Shown here: positions 38,176-50,476 of the stretch, in pieces
Position numbering within the stretch: position 1 is the first letter of the stretch
Layout of the letters: each line of letters starts with the position of its first letter
Assembly (NCBI GenBank): GCA_943704425.1
Contig: CALSCP010001523.1
Span: forward strand, 1-55,949
DNA: 55,949 nt
From: Ministeria vibrans ATCC 50519
Lineage: Eukaryota > Protista > Filasterea
Reading direction: 5' to 3'
Notes under the pieces: generated by a model
Seen by the model: the letters and a program-made list of their open reading frames with translations, nothing else
What the model was told of the DNA's origin: nothing
Databases searched by the model: none
Program-made: the position numbers and the translations under genes

Positions 38176-39337
38176 TCCACAATCACTAAGAAAATCAAAT
38201 GTATTAATTTCATCATTAAATGGTTTATTAATAGATGTTGCAGCACCATCAAATTTATCATATTGATGAAATTTCGGATCTTTACTAGGACTAATATTAG
38301 TATCACAAATAGTAACAGGAATAGCACTAGCTATGCATTATACAGCTAATATAGAATTAGCATTCTCATCAGTAATGCATATAATGATTGATGTAAATAA
38401 TGGTTGATTCTTAAGATATGCACATGCAAATGGAGCATCATTATTTTTCATATTTGTATTTTTACATATTGGAAAAGGTCTATATTATGGATCATATAAT
38501 AGACCAAGAACAGATTTATGAAATGTTGGAGTAATAATATTCTTTTTAATGATGGGAACAGCATTTATAGGATATGTACTGCCATGAGGTCAAATGTCAT
38601 TTTGAGGAGCTACAGTAATAACAAATTTAGTATCAGCAATTCCATATATTGGTCAAGACATAGTATATTGAATATGAGGAGGTTTTTCAGTAGATAATGC
38701 AACATTAAATAGATTTTATAGTTTCCATTTTGTATTACCATTCATATTAACAGTATTTGTAATTATACATTTAGTATTATTACATGAATATGGATCAAAT
38801 AATCCATTAGGAGTAGAATCAAGTTCAGATAAAATCTGGTTCCATCCATATTATAGTATTAAAGATTTAGTAGGAGTAATAATAGCATTAATGTTATTTA
38901 CATTACTAATATTCTTTTATCCAAATACATTAGGCCATGCAGATAATTGAATTCCAGCTAATCCATTATCTACTCCAGCACATATAGTTCCTGAATGATA
39001 TTTCTTATTTGCATATGCTATCCTAAGATGTATACCATCAAAATTAGGAGGAGTATTAGCATTAGTATTAAGTATAGTAATATTAGTATTCATACCATTA
39101 CTTCAAAGTTTCCCAACAAGAAGTTTATCATATCAACCCTTAATGAAATTAAGATTCTGATATTTTATAACAAATTTCCTAATATTAACATGATTAGGAG
39201 GAAATCCAGTGGAAGAGCCATTTGTATTATTAGGAATCTGAGCTACAATTAGCCATTTTAAATATTTAATAGATATTTGATTTTATGGATTAATTCAGTT
39301 AATAAGTCAAAATTGAAGAATAATAAAAAAGGTATAA
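38153..39337 (+). CDS. cob: Apocytochrome b (394 aa)
   Basis: YWWNFGSLLG, HANGAS, LPWGQMSFWGATVITN, HIVPEWYFL. Confidence 0.98.
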
Positions 39338-39343
39338 ATAAAA

Positions 39344-39727
39344 ATGACAATTATACAATTATGCAAAAAGAAAAACAATAGGAAAAAGAAAAAAAGGCTA
39401 GGCCCATTAAAAGGTTTAAATGGCTCACCACAAACTAAAGGTATTTGTGAAAAGCCTAGAATAGCTACTCCTAAAAAGCCTAATTCAGCTCAAAGAAAGA
39501 TTGTAAAAGTAATAATAAGCAATGGAATGTCAGTAATAGCTAGAATAATTGGAGAAGGTCATACACTTCAAAAACATTCAATGGTATTAATTAGGGGTGG
39601 AAGAGCAAATGATCTTCCAGGAGTAAGATATACAATAATAAGAGGAAAATATGATTCAACACCATTACTAAAAAGAAGAACTTCATTATCCAAGTATGGA
39701 ATGAAAAAAGAATGAATTAAAAATTAA
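39344..39727 (+). CDS. rps12: Ribosomal protein S12 (127 aa)
   Basis: TPKKPNSAQRK, GEGHTLQKHS, RGGRANDLPGVRY. Confidence 0.98.
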
Positions 39728-39739
39728 AAGATAAATAAA

Positions 39740-39810
39740 GGGTGTATAATTCAAAGGTAGAATATACGGCTTTTAACCGTCCTATATGGGTTCAATTCCC
39801 ATTGCGCCTA
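39740..39810 (+). tRNA. trnK: tRNA-Lys(UUU)
   Basis: ACGG-CT TTT AA-CCGT. Confidence 0.92.
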
Positions 39811-39859
39811 TATAAATAATAAATAGAAGATAAAGAGGTTCACGAATAAATACAAGATT

Positions 39860-40205
39860 AAGAGGGGCGCGAGTAAAGAAAAGATGCCCACAATATCTTA
39901 TGATATAAAATAAGTGATAAATACTTAAAATAAATAAAAAGGTGGGCAAATAAAGAGATTGCGCCCCTAGTAAATAAAAATAAAGATAAATAAAGATAAA
40001 TAAATATTAATAAATATTAAGAGGTTCGCGAATAAATAGAAGATAAATAAATATTAATAAATATTAAGAGGTTCGCGAATAAATAGAAGATAAAGAGGGG
40101 CGCGAATAAATAGAAGATGCCCACAATATCTTATGATATAAAATAAGTGATAAATACTTAAAATAAATAAAAAGGTGGGCAAATAAAGAGATTGCGCCCC
40201 AAGTA
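39860..40205 (+). repeat. GC-rich fold-back element, 2 copies plus partial units
   Basis: Units near 39864 and 40096; partial GAGGTTCGCGAATAAATAGAAG units between them. Confidence 0.9.
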
Positions 40206-40437
40206 AATAAAGATAAAGAAATAATAAAGAAATGATAAAGAAATATAAATAGAAATGCGTGAAAGAAAAAAGTAATAAATATGAAAGAGTAGCTAGTGAG
40301 AAAAAGAGTAGTTTTAAAGAAGTGAAAAAAGAATAAAAGTAAAATTTGCTGAACATTTGTGATAGTGAAATCAAGAAAAGCGGGTGATAAAGAATACAAA
40401 AAGTGGAAAGATAAAGGGGTACAATTGTAACTTTTCT

Positions 40438-40459
40438 GATAGTAACTTTGCATAGTTAC
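40438..40459 (+). promoter_or_regulatory. 22-bp palindromic motif, copy 5 (upstream of trnT-trnM-orf883 block)
   Basis: Exact copy, extended similarity to copy 2. Confidence 0.55.
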
Positions 40460-40629
40460 ATTTTTCCGTTAAAGTTTTAATTAAAAAATGAATTCTTGAA
40501 ACAAATATTTTGTCGTTATTTAAGCACTATGAATATAAAAATAAAAGATTAATTATATAAATGATATATTAAATAATAATATATGTATTAATATATTAAT
40601 ATATATTAATATAATTAGATTGAAGAAAA

Positions 40630-40701
40630 GTCATTGAAGCATTACGGTAATGCGATGGTCTTGTAAACCATAGATAATTAGTTCAATTCTAATCTGTGAC
40701 A
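40630..40701 (+). tRNA. trnT: tRNA-Thr(UGU)
   Basis: ATGGT-CT TGT AA-ACCAT. Confidence 0.92.
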
Positions 40702-40719
40702 ATAAATAGGAAGTATTTA

Positions 40720-40791
40720 AAATATGTAGTTTAATGGCAAAACACTGTGCTCATGATACAGGTCATATAAGTTCGATTCTTATCATATTTA
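40720..40791 (+). tRNA. trnM: tRNA with CAU anticodon (Met, or Ile if C34 is modified)
   Basis: Acceptor AAATATG/CATATTT, A73; CTGTG-CT CAT GA-TACAG. Confidence 0.85.
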
Positions 40792-40810
40792 ATATTAAAT
40801 AATAAAAAGG

Positions 40811-43462
40811 ATGAATAAAGAAACAAGAAAAGGAATAATGATGCTAATGGATATTAAAAAAGAAAAGCCAAAGGGAATAAGAAATTTAAAAGAAGTAAGA
40901 TATGAAAGTGAAAAAGCCTCAATAGAATTAGAAAAGACAGGAATAAAAGTCTCAAGTTATTATGCTATTAAGGATTATGATTTAGTAACATATGTATACA
41001 GTATAATAGATAACATAAATGTAAGCAGTACTAAAATAGGAAGTAGTTTAGAGCATGAAAAATGGCTATGAACAAAGATCCAAGATATAAAGAGAGAGTT
41101 AATATGAGTTGAAAGCTGATTAAAAACAGGAGAAATAACAACAATAAACAAAGAAGGAGAAGAGTTGAAAGAAGAAGAGCTAAAAGAAAGAGAAGAAGAA
41201 ATATTAACTAAGACAGAATTAAAAATGACAGAACACAAAAAGTATATATTAGAAAATATGGTTGATGGTCGAGGTATAAATACAGACAATATTGAATATC
41301 AAATAGATATGTCAAATTATGATAAAAAATTTAATTTAAAATATATATTAGGAAATGAAATAGGAGATGATATAATGTGAGGAAGTAAAATGTCGCATAT
41401 TCTAGTAGAATTACAAGAAAAGATATTAAAAAAAGAAAAAGAAATAACATTCACAGAAAAAAATGTAGAAAGTAAATCAGAAAGAGAAGAAGGGAAATAC
41501 GTAATAGATGGTTATGAAATTACAGATATAGAGAGAAAAGTAGATAATAGACTTGGAGAGATAATATTAATAGTAAATATAAGATTAATTGCACTACTGC
41601 AAGAGGTGTGAAAGATGAAAATGAATTTTAAGAAATGGGTAAGTAAGACAAAGACAGAAGAAGAAAACAAAAAATTACAACAAAAATTTTTTATAATGTT
41701 AACAAATAAATTAAGATGAGAATTTGGCTCAATAAATAAAGATATAAATAAAGGAACATTAATAGGTTTTAAAGAAAAAGCATGAGAAATAATCCCGGAA
41801 TTGATAGAATACTATGAATCAAGATATTTAGAATTTTTAAATTCAAAATCATGAAAAGTATCATATTGATTCGATGCATTAATGTCAGAACAAGATTACT
41901 TACATATAAGAGAATTAGAAGAATGAAAAAAGGAAGCGCCTAAAGTAGGAATTGGAGAACCAAGCATAGGAACAATAATAGGAGAAAAGGAAATAAGTAA
42001 AATAAATAAAATAAATAAAATAAAGAAAGAAGAGGATAAGGAAGAGATAAAAGAAGAAGAAAAGATAGAAATAAAAGAAGAAGAAGAAACAGAAGAAGAA
42101 AAAGAAAAAAGAAAGGAAAAAGAAGTGAAAGAAGCATTTGAAAGAATATGAATAAAATGAAAAGAAGACTGTAAAGAAACAGAGATAAACGTAAATAATG
42201 AAATTAAAGACTGAGAAATAAATAAAGAATGAAATGACTCAGTCCATTGATATAAAGAAGCAGAAAGGCTATATAATAAAAGAGAAGAAAAGAATAAAAA
42301 GCATAAAAAATGAAATGATGCAAGATTAACAAGAGAAGTATTAAATTATAATAAGAGACTAGGAAAGATAGAAAATATATCTAAAGAAAGAATAGAAATA
42401 AAAGGAAAATATAATGGCTCATTAGAGCGTCAAAGAAGTGGATACAAAAGATATGATGAAGAAAAGTGAAAAGAAGAATTTTTCACAGAAGAAGAGAAAG
42501 ATCTATTGAGACCAAGTATAAGAACAAGACTTAAAAATAATAAAGGATTATTATCACGAAAATTAGAGAAGCTAATAATAAGAGTAGAGAAAGAAACAGT
42601 ACATTTAAGAAGAAATGAAAAATGGATAGAAATGAAACCAGAAATTCAAAAAGATTGATTATTCATAGACCCAATTATAAAAGAATATAAAGAAGTGAGA
42701 ATGAAGAATGAGAAGGCAAGATATATAAAGAAAGAAAAACGAGAAGATCAATTAGGATATGACAAATCAATAAACCATGGATATGATAAAATAATGCTAC
42801 TTAAAGAAGAAAGGGAATATGTATATGATGGACGTAAAAAATGAAACTGATTAAAATTCCAAGGGATAATGGTAAGACGTAAAACAAACATGGGAGGTCA
42901 CGATCAAAAGCGAGGTATGGTAAGAGTAAAAAAAGTAGTAGAATCATTGAGTACAGGATTAGACATAACAAATAGGACAATAATAAGAAGAGAAGGGGAA
43001 AATAATAAATGAAAAATAAAAGGAAAGAAATGAGAAAAGATAGAATCAGAAAAAGACTATTTTAAGAGAGAATCAGAAGCGTACATTAGAAGTAAAAGTG
43101 TAGAATGAATAAATAAAAAAAGAGTAGGAGAAAATGTATATGAAAGTGAAGAATACTTAAAAGGATTATTTAAATTTCTAAGTAAATTCGAAACAGTAGA
43201 ACAGAGAGTAGGAAGAAATGCAAACTTCAAACCTTACTTATGAATAAGAAGAGAGCTAACAGAAGGTACAAAGAAAAGTTTATTCATAAGACATAGTAAA
43301 GAGTGGTATGAAGTAAGAGATTCAGATTGACTTCAATACTCAAATTTCAATGGAAAAATAATTAAAGAAATAAATTACAAGACAGATGAAATAGATAAGA
43401 TGTCAGACTGATTTAAGAGTTATATAATAAATTTAAATAAATTTTTAAAAGAGTGAAAATAA
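40811..43462 (+). CDS. Giant ORF, 883 aa (orf883); uS7-like C-terminal ~200 aa
   Basis: Open under code 4; KFQGIMV, ETVEQRVGRNANFKP and KTDEIDKMSDWFKSY occur in uS7 order. Confidence 0.85.
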
Positions 43463-44131
43463 ATGTGACTAATAAGTATAGTAATAATTTATAAGATAAT
43501 AACATATAGTATAATAAATACAATAATAGAGATAAATGAATCATGATTTTTAGGACTATTATATAATTCGTATATAGATATTACATTTTATGCATTCAAG
43601 GTATTAGAAAGAGAATATTTGTACCATTCATTAATAAAATGAGTAAGTATATGAATATTAATAATATTTTGAATAAAAGGACTAAAAGGTTTAATAAGGT
43701 CATGATTACTAAATCATGAATGAAACATATATAATCAATACAATTGAATCTGAATAATATATTGAATAGGAAGTATATTTTGATTTTATTGATTCGGATA
43801 TTTAACTCATTTATATTCAATATCAATATATTGATCCCAATCATTAAATTTAATAATGTTAGAAGCAATATATGAATTATTAAAAAAGGGTTGAATCTGA
43901 AACATAATAATAATAATAATAGGATGAAAAACATTAATGTACTATAAGATAAATAAATTAAAATTAAGAAAGACTAATATAAGTACAATAATCTGAATAT
44001 TAATAATAATAATAATAATATACACAAACATAAATATAAAGTATAATAATTTAATTTGAATATATTGCATAACAACATGAATAATTAAAACCATCCATAA
44101 AAATTATTTAAAAGAATATAAAAGAATATAA
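43463..44131 (+). CDS. tatC: Hydrophobic 222-aa ORF, probable divergent TatC (MttB)
   Basis: Multiple hydrophobic stretches; GLIRSWLLNHEW resembles TatC AFIAPGLYKHER; size fits. ORF is secure, identity is tentative. Confidence 0.5.
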
Positions 44132-44147
44132 AAGGAGGGGGGATGGA

Positions 44148-44218
44148 GTTTAAATAGCTTAAAGGTAAAGCAAAGCACTGAAAATGCTTAGATGTTGGTT
44201 CAATTCCTTCTTTAGACA
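44148..44218 (+). tRNA. trnF: tRNA-Phe(GAA)
   Basis: AAGCA-CT GAA AA-TGCTT; two T-stem mismatches. Confidence 0.92.
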
Positions 44219-44228
44219 TAAGAAAGAA

Positions 44229-44696
44229 ATGAACTACAAAAACAAAGTAATAGACTGAATAAATAAAGAAGAAAGAAGTGAAATAGTAATAAATATATTA
44301 CTAAAAGAAACATTAAAAGAAAATGCTAAAGGAAAGATGATGATATTATGAAGTCAAGAATTATTTGGATATAGACCAAAATGAATATATAAAGGAAACA
44401 ATTATGAAATAAAATATACAAATATAAAATCAAAAGAAGACTTAAAGATGAAAGAATGGTCTAGTATATATGGATTACAATTTAAAATTAAAAAGAAAAA
44501 AGAAATAGAATACATAATAAAGACAATTTGACCATTATTAGAAAAGTTTGATCTAGAGTTCTGAAACAATTGACCTAAAATTAAGATAAAAGAAAGTAAA
44601 ATATATGGAATAAAGAAAATAATAAATTCAGACATACTAAATGATAAATATTATATTCCTACAGTACCAATTAACATTCAAATAATAAAAAAATAA
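44229..44696 (+). CDS. rpl5: Ribosomal protein L5 (155 aa, divergent)
   Basis: EIVINI...ELFGYRPKW...IYGLQFKIK parallels uL5 KIVVN...ITGQKP...PIGCKVTLR; directly precedes rps14 as in the spc operon. Confidence 0.7.
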
Positions 44697-44699
44697 AAG

Positions 44700-44948
44700 A
44701 TGAAAAACAAGTATAAGTATGAGTATCTAATAGCAAAAAGCTATAAAAGAAGTACAAGAGTAAGAGTACCAGTACCAATAAAGATGGAAAGAGAAAAAAG
44801 CGGCCCACTATATTTAAAAAAAAGAGATAAATGTTTAATTACAAATAAAGAAAAAGCATTAATAAGACCGTATAATATATCAAGAATAAAGTTAAAAGAA
44901 TTGATGAATGAAAACAAGATAATAGGATTCAAAAATGTAGGTTATTAA
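44700..44948 (+). CDS. rps14: Ribosomal protein S14 (82 aa)
   Basis: RDKCLITNKEKA...ISRIKLKELMNENKIIGF matches uS14 RNRC..TGR.R...LSR...RE.A..G.IPG. Confidence 0.88.
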   Translation: MKNKYKYEYLIAKSYKRSTRVRVPVPIKMEREKSGPLYLKKRDKCLITNKEKALIRPYNISRIKLKELMNENKIIGFKNVGY

Positions 44949-44963
44949 AACTGAAATTAAAGG

Positions 44964-45036
44964 ATATCTGAAATTCGCTAGGTAGAATGTTTGATTTCGG
45001 CTCAAAAAGTTATAGGTTCGAATCCTATCAGATATT
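44964..45036 (+). tRNA. trnR: tRNA-Arg(UCG)
   Basis: TTTGA-TT TCG GC-TCAAA. Confidence 0.9.
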
Positions 45037-45051
45037 ATAAAAAAAGTAAAA

Positions 45052-45123
45052 GTGTAAATAGCTCAAAGGTAGAGCATTGCTTTTCTAAAGCAACGGTTAT
45101 AAGTTCAAGTCTTTTTTTACATT
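45052..45123 (+). tRNA. trnR: tRNA-Arg(UCU)
   Basis: TTGCT-TT TCT AA-AGCAA. Confidence 0.9.
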
Positions 45124-45143
45124 AATAATAAAAATAAAAATAA

Positions 45144-45764
45144 ATGCCTCATTTAGACACATTAACATATAGCAGTCAATTATTTTGATTTTTAATTGGA
45201 TTTATAATTTTGTGAATATATAACTCAAACTACATGATTCCAGTAATGGAATCTTTAAATTTCTTTAGAAAATTATTCAAAGGAAAAAACCAGGATAATT
45301 TAAAAAACAAGATAGCTATAGTAATAGCTAAAAGAACAGGACACTCATTAATGAAAACGGAACATTCATTTAATGACCTAAGTGATATGATACATAAAGG
45401 ATACAGAAATACCTTAAAAACGTTCGAAGAATCACCAGAAAGAGCGTACGGTACAGAAAAGCTACTTAAATACAAAATGAAAGGTAGATTTTCAGGTATA
45501 ATAGATCAAGAAAAGTTAAAAGAAGAAGAATTAGCATACAGCTTTGCTTGTAAATGAGAAAAAGAAGAATTATCTAAATTAGAAAAATGAGATAATAAAA
45601 TAGTGATTAAATTAACATCAAAGTTAATAAAAAGAACTTGCAATATACTGGATATATTAATATATCCACATATACAAACTAGCGATGGAATTCCAGATAT
45701 AGATATTAAAGCAATTGATAATGACAAATTCTTGTCAGATACATTAAGTATGAAAAAGAAATAA
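45144..45764 (+). CDS. atp8: ATP synthase subunit 8 with long hydrophilic tail (206 aa)
   Basis: MPHLDTLTYSSQLFW (MPQLD-type start) followed by one transmembrane segment. Confidence 0.88.
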
Positions 45765-45809
45765 AAAAGAAATAAAAAAGAAATAAAAAAGAAATAAAAA
45801 AGAAATAAG

Positions 45810-48800
45810 ATGCCTAGAAAAGTGGAAATAGTACCATTCATAAAATTATGAAAATTCAACAAAAAAACGAAAAGAAAGGAGGTAAACAGGGAACTGTTAA
45901 ATAAATATTATATAGAATTATTAAAAAATAAAAAAAAAGAAGAAATAACTAAAATTATTACGGAAATAAGTTCAAAAGAAAATCTAAATAAAATAGAAAT
46001 GATGGAAATAGATAACATTGACTACATTCTGGAAGAAAAAAGAGATATAACAGAAATAAAGACAGAGACAATACTAGATTTAATAGTAACATTTTCATAT
46101 TCAAATAAAGAAAATATAGAAAATAAGATTGAATGAAAAAGTTACAATTTTAAGTTATATAAACAAGAAAGTATAGTAACTGGAATGATAAATATCTCAA
46201 AAATCTATAAAGAAGGAGAAAGTCTGTATGAAGAAATAAAAGAAGAAATAAAAATAAATTTTAAGAATAAAATTGATCAAATAAAATTAATAAATGAATT
46301 AATAAAAAAAGAAATAAAATTCAATATAAATTATATAATATTATACAACGAAGAAGAATTAGAATTACTAACTCAAGATATAAGTCTAAGTCATAGAGAA
46401 ATAAGTAGTTTATTGTACAAAAGAGAAAATGAAAACGAAATAAAAGGCGATGAAATAAAAACCTTTATAGATTATCAAAATAAACAACATAAAGTAAAAA
46501 TCTGAGAAGAAAACTCAAAGAAAAAATTAGTAAGATTAACACAAAAAATATATAAAGAAAAGATAAAAATAGGACAACTGCACATATCTCAATTAGAGAT
46601 ATCAATTTCAACCAAATTAGAAAAGTGAAGTAAAATTGATAATTATCTTGAAGGAAAAGAAGGAATAGAATTTAAAACAGAAGAAGAAAATAAAAAGAAA
46701 ATAAAAGAATCGCTAAAAGAAAATAAGATAATGCACAATGATAATATTAAAAACATGAATGAAAAATGTAAATTAGAAAGAGATCTAAATGGACTAAACA
46801 AAAAGCATTGATTTTTAAAAAGCTCATATAAAAAACCAAGAACAATAATATATGCAATATTGACAGAAGATCAAATAAGAAAAAGAATAAGAAACTGAAT
46901 AATAGAAAAGACAAAAGAAAATAAAAAAATAAATTTAAATTGAATAAAACTAGAATTAAAGAGAGTCTGAAAAAATAAAATATACTGATATGAAAAAGAA
47001 GAGAAATGAATAATAATAGGAATAAAATCAAATTGAGATATAGAATGAGGAATCCAAGAGACAACAGGAACAGGAAGATTATCAACACATTGAATTAAAT
47101 CACCAAGATTACTAGAAACAATAGAAGAAAAGGAAGACGAAACAAATAAAAAGAAGATAAAAGAGATAAACATGTATAAAAAATGAAAATGAATAATAAA
47201 AGCACAAATAGATATTTTAAATAAATTAAAAAAAATAATAAAGTTAAAAAAAGATAATAAAACAGATAGAATAAAAAAGATAGTTGAGTGAATAAAGGAA
47301 AAAGAAGAAGAACTAGAAAATGTAATAGAAGACGAAAATGAAGATTGAATAAGAGAATGAGAAATAAAAAAAGAAGAATACAAACTAAAAGAGAATCAAA
47401 TAATAATTAATGAAAAGATAGGAATAATAAAAAGAGAAATAAATAAAAAAAGAAATTTTGTAAATTATAAGATAATAAATATAATAAAAGAATTAAATAA
47501 GAATGGATGAATAATAAAAGAAGAAATAAAAAAAATAGAAAAAAAAGAAAGAGAAATAAAAATAAAATTAAATGAAATAAACTGAATAAATAATTTCTCA
47601 AGATTTAATAATTTTGAATTAGATCTAACATACATAAACAGAGAAATTAAAAATGGAATAACAGATAGCTCTAATGTAATAAATAAACTGACAGGTGGAT
47701 TAAAAGACCCAGCTCTGATTGGAAAAGAATACAAAAGAGAAGAGCAAGAAATGATCCAAAAAGGAATGGCAAGGTTAGGAAAAATATATTATAATCCAAG
47801 AAAAGAAAATCAAGCAGGATCGCATTTTAATAACGAAAATGTAAGACCAATAATAAATAAATTGATAAAAGATTGATTAGAGGATGAAAATGAAATAGAA
47901 AAAACAAATATAGTATCAAAGTGAGTAACAGGAAGTATAAAACTAAAAGGAATCTCATTACTTCCTCTTAGAGAGAACGATCTTAAATTCGAGGTAATAC
48001 CATATAGTAATGATCCAGGTAAATATTGAGAACACAATCCAATAGATTCACCACACAGATTAATTAGATGAGAAAGAGAGTTCAACACAGAGAATGAGAG
48101 CAATACAATAAGTAAAAAGAATGACGAAGTAAAGGAAGTAAAGGAGAAAAAAGAAAACAAACTATTAAACAAGATAAATGATATAAATAGGAAAGAAATA
48201 ATAAATAATATATATGAGTATGATATAAAAGCACTGTACACATCAATAATAAAAAACAATATAATAGCTATTCCTAAATTACATAATTTACAAGAAATAA
48301 TCGATCAGAAAGAATCATTTATGAGTAAAGATCTAATTAATCTAATAGAAACAAAAAAGATAGAAGAAGAAAGCTGATTAGTAAAAGAAAATAAATGATT
48401 GAATACTGATATAGAAGAAAAAGAGTGAATTAAAAATTGAATAGAATGAAAGAAAAAAGAAAATTGAATATACATATTAAAGAAAATAAATCAAAAAGAG
48501 TCATCACATTTAATAAAATGAATGCTAAAAGAAAAGAACTGAAAACAAAAGATAAGAGCAAAATGGTTAATAGATTGAAGGAAAAACGAAGAAAAGATGA
48601 TAGGAATAAGACAAAAAGATAGGAAAAGAAAGTTAGACAATAAGATAAGAGCATTATGAAGAGAATTAAGAAAAAAGCAAGATTTAATCTGAAACACAGA
48701 AACATACAAAATAATAGTGGAGGAAATAATAAATAAAGAGCTAAATCTAGAAGGAATAAAAGGAAAAGAGGTAGAAGATAAGGAAGAAAAGATAGAAAAT

Positions 48801-50387
48801 AAAGAAGAAGAGGTAATAGAAAATAAGGAAGAAGAGGTAATAGAAAATAAGGAAGAAGAGGTAATAGAAAAAGTAAAAAAAAGAAATAAAAAAAAAGAAA
48901 TGAAAGAAAAAGAAATAGAAGAAATGAAGGAATTAAAAGGAAAAAGAAGAGAAAATAAAATATGAGAAAATAGTAAAGAAGAAATTAACTGATATAATTA
49001 CAGAAGAGAATGAATAATTGAAACAATTAAAAAATCATTAAATGAAGATTGAATAAAGTATAAAGAATTAAGTAATAAAGAAAGAAAGAAAGCAAAATTC
49101 ATAAAAAGCCATGGTAGAATATTAAGAATACACAAGATAAGACAATCAACGAAAAGAGCAAGAAAAAATTTAGACATTTTTCCAAATTGAAATTATACAC
49201 AAAATTATTCAGAAAGCAAAATAAAGGAAAGTAAAAGAAAGGAAAATAGAAATGTAAAATGAGATTTAGCAGAAAAATCATTACTAGAATTAAAAAAAGC
49301 AGGAATGCTTTGAGAAAAATGAGAATGAGGATTGGAAGAACTAGAAGTGGAAGGAGAAGAAGTAGAAAAAAAATCTACAAAATACAAAGATAAAACATTT
49401 AAAATGAGAAACCAATTAGGCCTCCAATATTTAAAAGAAACACAGAACACAGTATCAAAGAAGCACTGAACAACTAACGATAGATACAGAAAAAAAGTAC
49501 ATAGAGTAGTATTATTTTTAGATAGACCAGATAAATATATTATAATAAGAGATTCAAGCATTGTGATTGGTACATATTTAGAAGAAACAAATCCAAGATT
49601 AGGATTAAGTCCAAATGCGTACGCAAGAAGACCAAGAGCATATTATGGTGAAGAAGTAAACAATTTAGTTCTAAATCATGGATTAATATTCAAATGTATA
49701 TTAGTGATTAACTTAGAAGAAAAGTATTTATTAGAACGAAAAGAAATTTTATCAATGATTTTATGAAGAATAAATGAAAAATCAGAAATAAAAAGCTCAA
49801 CAGGAAAATTATATGCAAATTCATATATAGGACTAAAGAGTATTAGAAAATCACTAAAATCTAATAAAACAAATAACAAACTATTAAATACTTCTAAAGA
49901 AGATAATTGAATCTTTAAAGATAATGAAAATAAGTATGTAGATGTTAAATTTAAAAATGACTCAGAAAAAAGTTATCATGATTTATTAACAACTAAAGAA
50001 AGTCATAAAGTAATGTCAGAAAGTCTAAAAGATCATTGATTAGAAGAATTTGAAAAAATCCATTCAATTGAAGGACTAGCTGTAAAATCATTAGCTAAAA
50101 AAAAGATAGCAGAGATCTGAGACAATGAAATAAGAAAAAATACACTAAATAAAAGCAAACAAGAATTATTTTATTCAGATACAGATAGTTTATTTGTAAA
50201 TGGAAGAATATCAAATGCTAACCTGGCTTGACAAATAAAGGATAGAAGCAAGGTAAAAAGACAAATAAACTATGAAAGAGATCAAAAAGAATTTATAAAT
50301 AAAACAGAGTTTATAAATAAAGAGATAAAAAGAGAGGGGATGATGATTAATTACAATTTTAATCTTAACTATAAAAAGGAAAATTAA
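45810..50387 (+). CDS. dpoB: Divergent, expanded family-B DNA polymerase, probably protein-primed (1525 aa)
   Basis: Open under code 4; motif A YEYDIKALYTS (48213-48245), motif B KLYANSYIG (49806-49832), motif C LFYSDTDSLF (50166-50195) in the correct order. Confidence 0.8.
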
Positions 50388-50476
50388 GAATATAAAGTAT
50401 AGTTAAATTATAAAGTAATAATAATACTAATTAAAAATAGGATAATAAAAGGTAAATAAAAGGTGAAAGGTCCCAC

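Noticed and set aside
46820-46840. SSYKK as a terminal-protein motif in orf1525
   Set aside because: Too short and too likely by chance in a Lys-rich sequence.
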